Positions 11,999 to 23,899 of a stretch of DNA of 44,498 nt are shown one piece after another; within the stretch, counting starts at the first letter, position 1; each line of letters opens with the position of its first letter. Origin of the DNA: Chiloscyllium plagiosum (Eukaryota); contig NC_057750.1 in NCBI RefSeq assembly GCF_004010195.1, positions 17,028,726 to 17,073,223 of the forward strand, read 5' to 3'. The translations under genes and the position numbers were made by a program. Under the pieces are notes generated by a model. It did no database searches. It saw only the letters and a list, made by a program, of their open reading frames with translations, and was not told the origin of the DNA.

Positions 11999-14900
11999 AT
12001 AGAACATAGAAAAGTACAGCACAGAACAGGCCCTTCGACCTACAATGTCGTGCCGAGGATTAATCCTAATGTGAAATAAAATAACCTTACCCATGAACCC
12101 CTCAATTCACTACTGTCCCCATGCATGTCCAGCAGGCGCTTAAATGTCCCTAGTGACTCTGCTTCCACCATCACCGCTGGAAAAGCATTCCATGCATTCA
12201 CAACTCTCTGCGTAAAGAACCTACCCCTGACGTCTCCTCTATACCTTCTCCTAATATCTTAAAACCACGACCCCTCGTGCCAGTCAATCCTGCCCTGGGG
12301 AAAGTCTCTGCCTATTGACTCTATCCATGCCTCGATCAGGTCACCTCTCTTCCTCCTTCTCTCCAGAGAGAAAAGTCCAAGCTTAGTCATCCTCTCTTCA
12401 TAAGGCAAGCCCTCCAGTCCAGGAAGCATCCTGGTAAACCTTCTTTGCACCCTCTCCAAAGCCTCTATCTTTCCTATAGTAAGGCGACCAGAACTGGACA
12501 CAATATTCCAAGTGTGATCTCACCAGGGACTTGTAGAGCTGTAGCAAAACCTTGTAGCTCTTATACTCGATCCCCCTGTTAACGAAAGCCAAAACACCAC
12601 ATGCTTTCTTAACAACCTTATCCACTTGGGTGGCAACTTTAAGGGACCTATGTACTTGAACACCAAGATCCCTCTGTTCCTCCACACTGCCAAGAATCCT
12701 GTTATTAATCCTATATTCAGCATTCAAGTTCGACCTTCCAAAATGCATCACTTCGCATTAATCCAGGTTGAACTCCATCTGCCATTTCTCAGCCCAGCTC
12801 TGCATCTTGTCTATGTCGCACTGCAGCTTTCAATAACCCTTGATACTAACGACGGCACTCCAGCCTTTCTGTCGTCTGCAAATGTACTAACCCACTCCTC
12901 ATCCAAGTCATTTATAAAAACTACAAAAGAGCAGAGGCCCAAGAACAGAGCCCTGTGTGACACTATTCAACACTGACCACCAACCATCTACAACCATTCC
13001 CTGCCTTCTGTCAGCCAATTCTGAATCCAGATAGCCAAATCTCCCTCTATCCCATACTTCCTGACTTTATGAATGAGCCTACCATGGGGAACCTTATCAA
13101 ATGCCTTGCTGAAGTCCATATACACCACATCCACTGCTCAACCTTCGTCGACCTGTCTTGTCACCTCCTCAAAGAACTCGATAAGATTAGTTAGGCATGA
13201 CCTGCCCCTCACAAAGCCAAGCTGACTACCTTTAATCACGCTATGCTTTTCCAAATAGTCATAAATCCTATCTCAGAATTTTTTCCAAAACCTTGCTACC
13301 ACAGACGCAAGACTGACTAGTCTGTAATTGCCAGGGATTTCATTATTACCTTTCTTGAAAAGAGGAACAACATTCGCCTCCTTCCAATCCTCCGGTACGA
13401 CTCATGGAGAGTGAGGAAGCAAAGATTTTCGCCAGCAACTTAGCAACCTCTTTTTTTGCTTCCCGGAGCAACCTAGGATAAACCTGATCTGGCCCTTGGG
13501 AACTTACCAAGCTTAACATTTACCAAAATTTCTAGCACATCAACATCAATCTTGATCTGTTCAAGCCTATATCTCAGCTCCTAAAAGTTCTCATTCACAA
13601 CAAGGTCCCTTTCCTTATTGAGAAAGGAGGCAAAAAACTCATTTAGAGCTCCCCCTATCTGTTTAGACTCCACGCACAAGTTCCCAATGCTATCCCTGAC
13701 CGGTCCTACCTTCTCTCTGATCATTCTCTTATTCTTCATGTATGAGTAAAATGCCTTTGGGTTCTCCATAATCCTTCCTGGCAAGCCTTTCTCATGCCCC
13801 CTCCTGGCTCTCCTCAGTCCATTTCTAAGCTCCTTTCCAGCAAGTCTGTAATCCTCTAAAGCTGTGTTAGATCCTTGTTTCCTCACCTTACATAAGCTGC
13901 CTTCTTCCTTTTGACAAGAAGCTCCTCGGACCTCATCATCTAAGGCTCCTTAATCTTACCCCTTCTTACTTGTCTCAGAAGAGCAAAATCATGCATCACT
14001 TGCAACAACTGCTCCTTAAACAGTCTTCACATGTCTACTGTGCCCTTTCTGTGGAACAATTGCTCCCAGTTTGTACTTCCCAACTCCTGTCTGATAGCGT
14101 CATAATTTCCTTTTTCCCAATTAAATATCTTCCCTTGGTGACTGCTCCTTTCCCTCTCCAAGGCTATGGTAAATGTGAGGCAGTTGTGGTCACTGTCACC
14201 AAAGTGTTCTCCCACCGTGAGATCTGACACCTGTCCTGAGTAAAGAAACCCTCCTGAACACACCTGACAAAAACGGTTCCATCCAAACCATCTGCACTAA
14301 GGAGGTTCCAGTTGATATTGGGAAAGTTGAAGTAATCTATAACAACAACCCTCTACATCTGCATTTTTCCAAAATCATCCAGCTTATCAGTTCTTCAATC
14401 TCTCTATTGCTATTTGGGGGTCTGTAGAAAACCCCCAATGAGGTGGCTACTCTCTTGTTGTTCCTAACTTCCACCCATACTAACTCAGTAGGCAAACCTT
14501 CCTCAACAACCTTTGTTTCTGTAGCGGTGATGCACTCTCTGATTAACAATGCTACACCCCCTCCTCTTTTTTCACCCTCCGTTTTTTTTTAAAAAAAACG
14601 TTCTAAACCCTAGAACATTTAGCAACCATTCCTGAACCTGTGAAACCCACATCTCCGTTATGGCTACAACATCATAGCCCCAAGTACTGATCCATGCTCT
14701 AAGCTCGTCACTCTTATTTCTGAAACTCCTTGCATTAAAGCAGACTTCAACTTTAACTGATCCCTTTGTTTCATCATGCAAGAAACTTTCCCAATAGATT
14801 CACTACATCCTATCACTATCCCCCTCTCAGATATGTAGCTCTGGTTCCCACCTCCTTGCCAATCTAGTTTAAACCCTCCCAAACTACACAAGCAAATCTC

Positions 14901-15990
14901 CCACCCAGGACATTTGTGCCCATCAGTTCAGGTGCAACACGTCCTTCATGTACAGGTCTCACCTTCACCAGAAGGCATCCCAGTGGTCTAGGTATCTGAA
15001 GTCCTCCCTCTTGCACCAGCCTCGCAGCCACGTGTTAAGCTGTATTCGCTGACTGTTCCTCACCTCATTATCTCGTGGCACCGGTAGCAAACCTGACATA
15101 ACTACTCTATTCGTCCTGCTCTTCACCTTCCAATCTAGCTTTCTGCAGTCACTCCTCAGATCCTCAATCCCTTTCCTGGCTATATCATTGGTGCCAATAT
15201 GTACCACGATTTTAGGCTGCTTGCTCTCCCCCTTCAGAATCCTGTAAACCCGATCAGCGACATTCTGGATCCTCGCACCAGGGAGATAACATACCTTCCG
15301 GGAGTCCTGTTCCTGACCACAAAATCTCCTGTCAGTCCATCTAACTATTGAGTCCCCTACCACTAGTGCTTTTCTATTCTCCCCTCTTCCCTTCTGAGCC
15401 ACAGTGCCAGCTCAGTACCAGAGACCTGACAACTATGGCTTTGTTGTGGTTCTGTTCGCCGAGCTGGGAATTTGTGTTGCAGACGTTTTGTCCCCTGTCT
15501 AGGTGACATCCTCAGTGCTTGGGAGCCTCCTGTGAAGCTTTCCCCAGCTTGGCGTCCCCACCAGCATTATCCAAAACGGGTTACTTATTGCTGAGGGGAA
15601 TGGCCACAGGGGATCCCTGCCCTATCTACTGATTCCCTTTCTCCCAAATCCTCTCAATTTCTCCCTCAGCCTCCTGGATGATCCGTAGTTCATCCAGCTC
15701 CAGCTCCCTAACTCTGTTTTTGAGGAGCTGGAGTTGGGTGCACTTCCCGCAGATGTGGTCAGCAGAGACATGTGTAGTGTTGCTCACCTCCCACATTCTG
15801 CTGGAGGAACATGCAACTGCCCTAACAGCCATACCCCACTAATCTGAAAGTGCACATAGGACTAAACAAAGAAGAGAAGAAAAGGCAAACAAAAAAAAAG
15901 AGAAAACCTGAAAACTTAGAGTTCACAGACTCTTAGTAAGGTCAGAGGTGGGTGGAAGGGAGGCCCTCTGGTGTAGGGCCTCAGGTTTAG
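11999..15990 (-). mobile_element. Near full-length CR1/HER1 LINE (ORF1 zinc finger/leucine zipper plus SGNH esterase; ORF2 APE endonuclease plus RT), inactivated
   Basis: ORF1: MAVRAVACSS..CGKCTQLQLLKNRVRELE (15626-15832) and LVVGDSIV..HIGTND (14965-15402). ORF2: [40 protein letters not shown]. 3' tail (TTCTATG)n at ~12000. Multiple stops and frameshifts. Confidence 0.95.
15441..15537 (-). mobile_element. Penelope pLTR-derived short insertion with decayed hammerhead core, inside CR1 ORF1
   Basis: Same family as 42186-42454. Minus strand reads CTGAGGA-TGTCACC-TAGACA-GGGGAC-AAAAC-GTC (GAAA mutated). Interrupts CR1 ORF1 between the zinc finger and esterase. Confidence 0.8.
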
Positions 15991-16387
15991 ATCTCACCCA
16001 CTTAAAAACTTATCATAACTAACTTCTCAGACTTGCAAGGGCATTATTTTTATGCATTAAAGGGATTTAACACAAATCAAGTCAATTTTGTTCTTCCTTT
16101 TAGCAAACTAATCAAGACCAAGAACTGTCACAGAATACTTTAAAATTACTCAGGTGGAAATTTCTTGGTCAATAGTACAAGAACTTGAATGGCAAACAGA
16201 AGACTATGTAGCCCCTACAATAAGGGAATACCATAATGATCTCAGCTGAAAGGTAATCTCTCTTTTCAGCTTATTAGCACACAATGTGATGTTTGTTGAC
16301 TCAATGGTCTCCAACTTTTACCCTTTTTCCAAGTTTATTACAAAAGAGTTCTTAATGTTTAATCCCCAGTTTGTTTTGATTATTCAC

Positions 16388-16521
16388 CCAAAACACTGTG
16401 GAGTGAAAAGACAAGCTAATGATTGAACTGTAGTCCATTTTGCAGTTACTTCCTTTCATTTTATTTTGCCAAAGATCTGAAGTAAGTGCAGAAATCACTT
16501 TGTCAATCACCGTTTTTATCT
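16388..16521 (-). CDS. ADAD2: Candidate exon, start of deaminase-like domain (3' boundary uncertain)
   Basis: Acceptor TTTATATTAG| is phase-compatible with the upstream exons. EIKTVIDKVISALTSDLW loosely matches recalled human ADAD2 ENILTHEQRCAALVSAGF. Donor either GTAACT (end 16450) or GTGAAT (end 16388). Confidence 0.45.
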
Positions 16522-17218
16522 CTAATATAAACAGAACATACAATATATACTGCAAAGGAAACAAATGAAGTGACTCCCTAAAGATTAAGGAATAAAGGCA
16601 GGTTGGAAATTTGTTTTGTGTGATCATCCATAATTCACAACCTTAAAAAGAAATAGTAATTCTACCATCAGAATACTGAACAATTTAGAACACAAAAATC
16701 TTGCATCCAGCATATGCAAACAATGTTCCATGGTAAAATAACTATAATTTACTACTTCGAGAAGAGTACCATTGGTTGAATAATGTTCAAACTTGTGACT
16801 ATGGCAAATTACACTGTGAAAGATATTTGTTGACAAATTGCAGTCAGTGTTTGTGTTAGGTTAGGGAAGGAATAAAGGCTAGTGATATAAAGCTTCTAAA
16901 AGTGAGCTTAAGAATATTGTTGTACAGTAGTAAAGATTTGACTCAAGGGTTGCCCTCACTCAAACAAAACTTCTGTTTCCTTGATCAGTGAGAAAGAATT
17001 TGAATTGTGCAAAAAACAGAGGCACTCTAAGCTTTGTGCAGGTTAGAGGTGGTTCGGCAGGGTGCAAACTGAAATTTTCCTCCTTCAAATGACCAAGACC
17101 TGACATTATTAGAATGGAAAAGTACTATATCCTAGCTTGGTCGCACCAGATTAACTGACACTGACATTTAGGAACAGATAAGAATAATCAGGTTAAGATC
17201 ACATGATCCATGACCCAC

Positions 17219-17281
17219 CTTTAACCTTGCTGTTTTCTTTTAAAATTATGGTTTCTTCAGGTATGCTCCTTCTTTTTTGGC
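17219..17281 (-). CDS. ADAD2: Candidate 63-nt linker exon (GQKRRSIPEETIILKENSKVK)
   Basis: CTGCAG| acceptor, AAG|GTGGGT donor, symmetrical phase 1-1, open in the frame continuing from exon 19854-20009. Confidence 0.5.
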
Positions 17282-19853
17282 CTGCAGACTGTTGAACAAG
17301 GTGATCTTTGCCAATTTAAGAATGCATGTCATATTAAACTCTATTTTTAAGTTACCTGAGGGCTTACATATTGAATTGAACCTTTATAAGTCACTGATTA
17401 GGCATTAGAGTTGCCCAATCCTAAAACCTGAATTATCACTGAATATCTGGGATGCTTTTCCAAGGTTTTAGGCAGATTTTTATTCCGAAGTGCAGATGTT
17501 ACATTTTCACCATGACAGCATGTTAGAAATCATGCCCACTATTACCTGGGGTTGTCAAAAAAATTAAAAGATTTTAAAAAGTACACAGATTTCTCAATTT
17601 ACTTAACTTTTGTACTCAGGTTGATAGAAAGCATGGACCAGGTTTCTGTACAGTTGGTTCTGCAAAAAATGTGTGTGTTTCTTAAATGCAAATTGGCTTT
17701 AACATGATTGAAGAATTTAGACCGTTATTTGTAGAATGTGAACTTTCGTTACTTATACTGGCTATAATGCAACTCTGGTCCCATTATTTAAATGGATGGC
17801 TACTACATGACTTTCTTATAACACAAGATTGCACGAGAACTGAACTATCACGTTATATCAGAACTGACTGTACTTAACAAGAATGACTATTTATTACAGT
17901 AATTAGACTCTGGTTACAAGTAAGTAGTCAGGTGTTGTCAGCTCAAAACTACTAATTAACAATTAAACGCCCCCATACAAACTTACAGACCAAAAAAAAC
18001 GAGCATGTATTAATGATGGAGGGGAAATTGGGAAAGCAAGTTCAATGATTCCTGTTCACAAGGGTTGCTGAGATGATTCATATGTTGGTCAAACAGTTTT
18101 ACACAGACAACAATGGGAGTTGAGCCCATCACGTCTGAAAGTTACTGGCACTTCCAGATGTAGATGTGGGCTGTAGGAAAGGCCAACCTTGGTGCTCTGG
18201 CACTTTGTTGCCACTGAAAATGAAAAAACAAGTTTTTCAAACCTCACCATTCCTATTCATGCACCCAATTTCTCTTTAAATCAATCCCACAACCTTTTAT
18301 AGCCCAACAATAATTTAGTGCAAACTTGTGCCTTCCCATGTCCCTCATCCACTGTCCTTACACCTGGCAACTCTTCCTGTATCCATCTTGGGACCTATGC
18401 TGAAGTTAATAAAACTTGGGTATCTATTGATGAGTTGGCTATTTAAAAGAGATAATGACTCACTATATTGCCTCTAATGCATAACCACTTATTAAAAACA
18501 AGCACTTGTAATTACAATCTCACTTCAAAAGACATTGATTGATAACTCCAGTAGCTGACAATATAAACTGACAGACATGTAGCTCTAACTCTACAACAAT
18601 AACCTTCAGGCTTATGGCATAGTCAAGTAGTAAGCATTAAGTGCACTCTGCCCCCATTTCATCTTCTGGGAAATGGGGCATAGGTTTAGGGCAGGACTTA
18701 AATTCATGTACCTGACATCATTTTAGCTTAGCCAGTGACCATCTCCATCTGCTCAAAAATTCAGTCTCACGTTTCAAGTTTTAAAAAGGATAAGATCATA
18801 AGGTGCTTGGGGAGAAATTAACTATTTGGCCATGCAATGGGATCTAATAAATTTCAACTTTACTACCTTTTAGCCTTTGACACAGTTTCTGATTAAAAAT
18901 CAACCTCCGTCTTGAATATACTTAATCACCAGACTCTACAGCCCTATGAGGTAAAGAATTCCACAGGATATGCTCAGGAGAAATTCCTCCTCATGGTCAG
19001 TCTCAAAGTGGGTGGACCCTTACACAGATTATGCTTCCTGATAGACTTTCACAAAAGGAGAAACAATCATCGCATAGCTATCCTACTAAGCCCACTAAGA
19101 ATACTGTACATTTCAATAGATTGGGAGAAACTGTTTCCACTGAAGGAAAGATCGAGAATGATTCGTCAACAGAATTTCTATCTGAAACATTAAAGTATTT
19201 TTATTTAAAAGATGCTACCTGACCTTGCAGAGTGCTTTCAACATCCTCTGTTTGTCAAATAAAAACAGTCAATGCTGATTCACGTTGAATGGCAATGGCA
19301 AAGAAATGGCCAAACACAAAAAAAGTATCATTTTGTAGTTATGAAAAGGGTTCTTGCACAGGAGGAATAGTAAAAATTGTAGCCTTGGTGGGTGGGTAGG
19401 ATAAAAAGTCATCACCAGTTACAAATCAAATGAAAGAGATCCATTAGGACTATTCCAATAATGTTTTGAGAAATCAGTTTTAATAAGCAAACTCAAAAGT
19501 GAAATTGTAACCTCCACTGAAAGTTTTAACTTTCAAAGTTAAAATTATCCAACAATGATATAAAGACACCGGTCAATGTTTCCATTTTCAGTGTTCAATA
19601 TCATATCTCTCATGCATTGTTAGAAATGCTCGACAGAAAATACTGCCTGCAGCAATCTCTAAATTAGATGCTGAATTGAAAAGAGCAAAGTTTGTTGCAA
19701 AGATACCCGCAAGATATCTGCATCCCATGTGAACTTTTTTTTAAAAATTGTACTTATTCAGAGCATGTGCAATTGAAGCATTCGCAAAGAATAGTGGTGC
19801 ACTATTTTACACTGCAAACAATACTGAGTTAATCTAACATGTAGATTCCTTAC

Positions 19854-20009
19854 CCTTGGGTGCAATTTGCTGTAACTGTTGGCGCAGTTGTTTCAATGTA
19901 ATTTTAGCAGAATAGTACTTGGCCTCTTTTTTGCTGAAACCCGAACCTTCTTGAAACTTGAACCCATCCACGACTGCACAAACAGAATAACGCGAAACAG
20001 CAGCAGCCT
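19854..20009 (-). CDS. ADAD2: Exon encoding C-terminal half of the dsRNA-binding motif
   Basis: EAAAVSRYSVCAVVDGFKFQEGSGFSKKEAKYYSAKITLKQLRQQLQ has the dsRBM G-x-G-x-SKK-x-AK signature. Acceptor TTGATTGCCAG|, donor AAGG|GTAAGG, 156 nt, phase 1-1. Confidence 0.9.
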
Positions 20010-20449
20010 CTGGCAATCAAAATATTAAGTCTGATTTTCACCATGATGATATAATGTAGAAAGCAGCTATTTTCAAAAATTACATCCTGAAATGGTCAAA
20101 TCAGAAAGCATTGGACAGAAGCAAGCCATTCAGCCCTCTGACCATGTCGAACCATTCAAATTAGACTCACAGGTGATCTGTACCTCAATACCACTTTCCC
20201 CCACATCGCCAGTAACACTTCCCTAATTAAAATGTGTTGGTCACTTGAAAGCCATCGTTGCTTTTTAATGCAGAGTGTATTCCAGATTTCTGTTACCCTC
20301 TGAAGCATTTTCTAACTTCTCTCTTAAAATTACCTAAATCAATTTTCTTCCATTTCTAGATTTCCTCACTATAGCAATAATGGTTTCTGTGCTATGACTG
20401 TAGTAAGTCTATTCATTTTAAATAACTCCAGAGATATTGAAGGTCCATA

Positions 20450-21120
20450 CTGGTTTGTAGCAAGGCCTGGGCTTGGGCAGATGAATAGTACATAATGTTT
20501 ATGCTGTACAAGTGCTAATCAATGATCATTTCCAACAAGAGAACTACCCTTGGAGATTCAACAGCATTAGCATCACCAAACCACCCAAGTACCTGGACTA
20601 AAAACAGACAGAAATTTAATTTGATTAGCTATGTAAATACTGTGGTTACAAAGAACAGATCAGAAACTGAGAATCCTGTCATTGAGAATTCCTAATTCCT
20701 GACTTCCCAAAGCCAGTCCATCATCTAGAAGGCTTTCTACTTGTCTTGAATGCTGGAGCACATTTATCCAAACAAAGCAGTTCAACTGATCTACATCCTG
20801 TACACACACACACACAATCTTAAGAAAACTAATTACCTCTCCCACCAGAGAAGTGTGCACTACATAATGCACGGCAACAACTCAACAGGATTTTTCCAAA
20901 CTCATCCCTCACAGAACACAGACACTGGGTACACTCCCCTCGGAGTCTCACAACATCCAACCTTGGAACTATATCACTGTCTTATATGATCACTGATTCT
21001 GGTCCTGGAATTCCAACCCCAAGAGTACTATGACTGGGCCAAAACCACAGACTGCAACAGTTCAAGTGAAAAATTAGGAATCAGTAACAAGCAGTGCCCC
21101 TGTTGTCCAAATGTCATGAA
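20450..21120 (+). mobile_element. Degraded 3' fragment of the second LINE family (cf. 23900-26617)
   Basis: Remnant similarity to 26390-26617 (ggcttgggcagatgaatag...atttccaacaagaga...ctgtggttacaaagaacagatcagaaact). Confidence 0.5.
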
Positions 21121-21415
21121 TAAGCAGAAAACAATCAATCACTCCTCACCTTTGAATACAAGGAAATTATGAATGTGTACACACGGATGGTGAATTAAAC
21201 CTCTTAAGTCGCAATTTAATTCAGATGAGCTATAACTGCTCTTGAAAGACCATACACCTTTCCTAAGGCTGGATTCCCAGGCCTGTTCTAAAATTGCATC
21301 ATCTGTACGTCAACTTCATTCATCAGTCTTAGTCCTATATTCCTAACATACACTTCTAGAGAAAAAAAATGTTCGGGTAAAATTTTGATGCAGCAGGAAG
21401 CTCACCAGCCAACTA

Positions 21416-21419
<4 letters not shown>

Positions 21420-21450
<31 letters not shown>
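21420..21450. repeat. (GT)n microsatellite
   Basis: About 15 GT units, read directly. Confidence 0.97.
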
Positions 21451-21452
<2 letters not shown>

Positions 21453-21569
21453 CTAACAACGGGTATTATTAGCAAGACCATGGATGGGCTCAATAAATAG
21501 TAGGAGGTCCGATAAATGAGTTTCTCAAAAAAAAATCTAACAGAGACTTTTCATATCTTCACAGCATAC

Positions 21570-21740
21570 CTGAATTTTCCACCTCTTGGAAATGCAGACT
21601 GCATCCTTTCCGTTGACAGAATGAATAGAGCGTAGAAACAGGATTCAAGCTCATCTCCTCAAATTCATTTAGTAATGCAATCAGCCCACTTGCATCTTCA
21701 ACAGGCTTAGTGTTTGCAGAAAGTCTTGTACCAGAGTCAG
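21570..21740 (-). CDS. ADAD2: Exon encoding N-terminal half of the dsRNA-binding motif
   Basis: ADSGTRLSANTKPVEDASGLIALLNEFEEMSLNPVSTLYSFCQRKGCSLHFQEVENS includes dsRBM helix 1 NPVSxL..FCQ. Acceptor TTTTTTTTTAAG|, donor TCAG|GTATGC, 171 nt, phase 1-1. Not in the ORF track. Confidence 0.9.
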
Positions 21741-21799
21741 CTTAAAAAAAAAGTACCAAGTCTCAGTAATCATAATTCAAAACTGTGAGGCTGCTATCT

Positions 21800-23890
21800 T
21801 CATAATAAGGAATGGCACTAGCCACAAGCGCCTGAGAAGGATTCTAGGAAAAGTTGGCTTGGTCATCACAACTGAGACAGGATTGCAGAGGGACCAGTGC
21901 TCAACTGGAGGAAGAGCAGGTACCAGATAACAGTAGTTAGAAGTAACTGAGGAGGATTCTGTGAGAAGTCAGCCATCTTGAAGAGGGGCTTTGAGGTCTA
22001 AGTGTTGCTGTTGCATTCAAAATGTGGGCTTTGGTGAGTGTTTAGTTTCACTGAGAAAGAAGAGCAGCTTTAAAAGGTATGGCAAGATTAGGTCTTTCCT
22101 TTATTCCAATTAGTGGAGTGGACCAAAAGAATCTTTTAATCCAGTTGAACATGTGACTGAAGAGTTGGTGTTGGAGGGAAGGTTTCAGGAATATAGATCA
22201 CTGGGATCTCTTCTAGGGCAGAAGGGACAGGTTACACCTAAACTGGAGGAGCACCAATATCTTTGCCGAGGAGATTTGCTAGTGCCAATCAGAAGGGCTT
22301 GAATAGTCTGGCAGGGTGGTGGAAAATAGAGTTGGTCAGCATGTGGAATTATTGAGAAGGTAGAGGTTAAGCCAAGATAGGAATAGGCAGGGCCAGGCTA
22401 ATTAATACAGCAGCACTGGCAGTCTGAAATGTACTTAATTTAATGCAAGGAATATAACAGGTAAGGCAGATAAGCATACACCCTGGACTACTCCATGGAA
22501 CTACAAAGTTGTATCCATTGTAGAAAACTTGACTGACAGAAGGTTAGGACTTGCTTAACATTCCAGGGGTTCGATATTTCAGACATGATAGAGAAGACTG
22601 TCAAGGGGTGGAGGAGTTGTATTACTGATTAAGTAAGAGAGAGTCATTGCAGTATTAAGAGAATACATCTTGGAGAGCTCATCTAGAATGTGGGTAGAAT
22701 TCAGAAATAAGAAAAGGTGCAGATACTATGGAGGCCTACAGTACAACCCCATCAAAAAGTCTGCAAGAGACACAGATAAAGATATGCAGACAGAAGATGG
22801 GAAGCTAGGTAAGGAAGAGAATTTTGGGTAATCCAAGATGGAGGACAGAAACAATTGTGGCTATGAGAGCTGCTGATTTTTAAAAAAGATATTCAGTATT
22901 GGAGCGGATTTCCTCGAATTCTAGAAGCAATAATTACTGTTTTAGAAGCTGTTGCATTGTTTTTAATGGGGAGTGAGGGAGGGGTGGGAAGAAATCAAAA
23001 CAACAGCACTTTAAAAAGTGAGCAAGGCAAAGACAAAGGCAGTGACCACATGGGAAGTGAATTAAAACACAGCAGTAACCTGCACAGATGTCTGACCCAG
23101 CAGTAACCTGCACAGCTAATTGCCTGTTGTTTGGTCCCTGGACTGTCAGAGGCTGAGAGGTGACCTAATGGAGCTTTATAAAATCATGAGGGGCATGGAT
23201 AGGGTGAATAGCTAAAGTCTTTTCCCCCAGGTGGGGGAATCCAAAACTAGAGGGCATAGATTTAAAGTAAGAGAGGAAAGCTTTGAAAGCGACCCAAGGG
23301 TAACATTTTCAGACAGGGTAGTGCGTGTATGGAACAAGCTGCCAGAGGAAGTGGTAGAGGTTGGCACAATTACAGCATTTAAAAGGCATCTGAATGGGTA
23401 CATTAATAGGAAGGGTTTAACAGGGATATGGGCCAAATGCTGTTAATTGGGACTAGATTAATTTAGGGTATCTGATCGGCATGGACGAGTTGGACCCAAG
23501 GGTCTGTTTCTGTGCTATACAATTCTGACTATGCAAAAACAACAGGTTGTTGTAGTGGGTGATGTTAACCTCCCCAATATTGACTATGAATCCCTTAGTG
23601 ACAGGGCCTTAGATGAGGCAGAATCTGTTAGGTGCATTCAGGGGAATTTCTTCAAACAATAATGTAGATAGTCCGAAAGAAGGGGCTATTTTAAATCTTT
23701 TACTGTGGAGTGAGCCTGGCCAGGTGATTGAAATTTCAGTGCTGAGACCCTTCTAATATTGTACACTTGTAACATAAAGAATGGTGGTCTGATTAGTAAA
23801 TTTGCAGATTACACAAATTGGAGGAGTGGTGGATAGTGAGAAAGGTTAACATAAGATAGAGTTGGATGCAGATCAGTTGCAAAGTTGATT
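21800..23890 (+). mobile_element. Degraded CR1 LINE (ORF1 esterase end, endonuclease, RT pieces) with a younger CR1 3' fragment nested at ~23125-23532
   Basis: ttacacctaaactggagga (LHLN), ggggtggaggagttgtattactgatt (GGGV), gtgatgttaacctccccaatattgact (GDxNxPNID). The nested piece encodes GESKTRGHRFKVR..VRVWNKLP. Confidence 0.75.
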
Positions 23891-23899
23891 GGAGATCAC

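Noticed and set aside
18090..18215. Strong minus-strand acceptor CTTGTTTTTTCATTTTCAG with a short open frame
   Set aside because: No convincing phase-compatible donor or homology. The surroundings look like an old repeat remnant.
23070..23116. 18-bp direct repeat cagcagtaacctgcacag x2
   Set aside because: Only two copies with a ~10-bp spacer. Local slippage, not a CRISPR array or other array.
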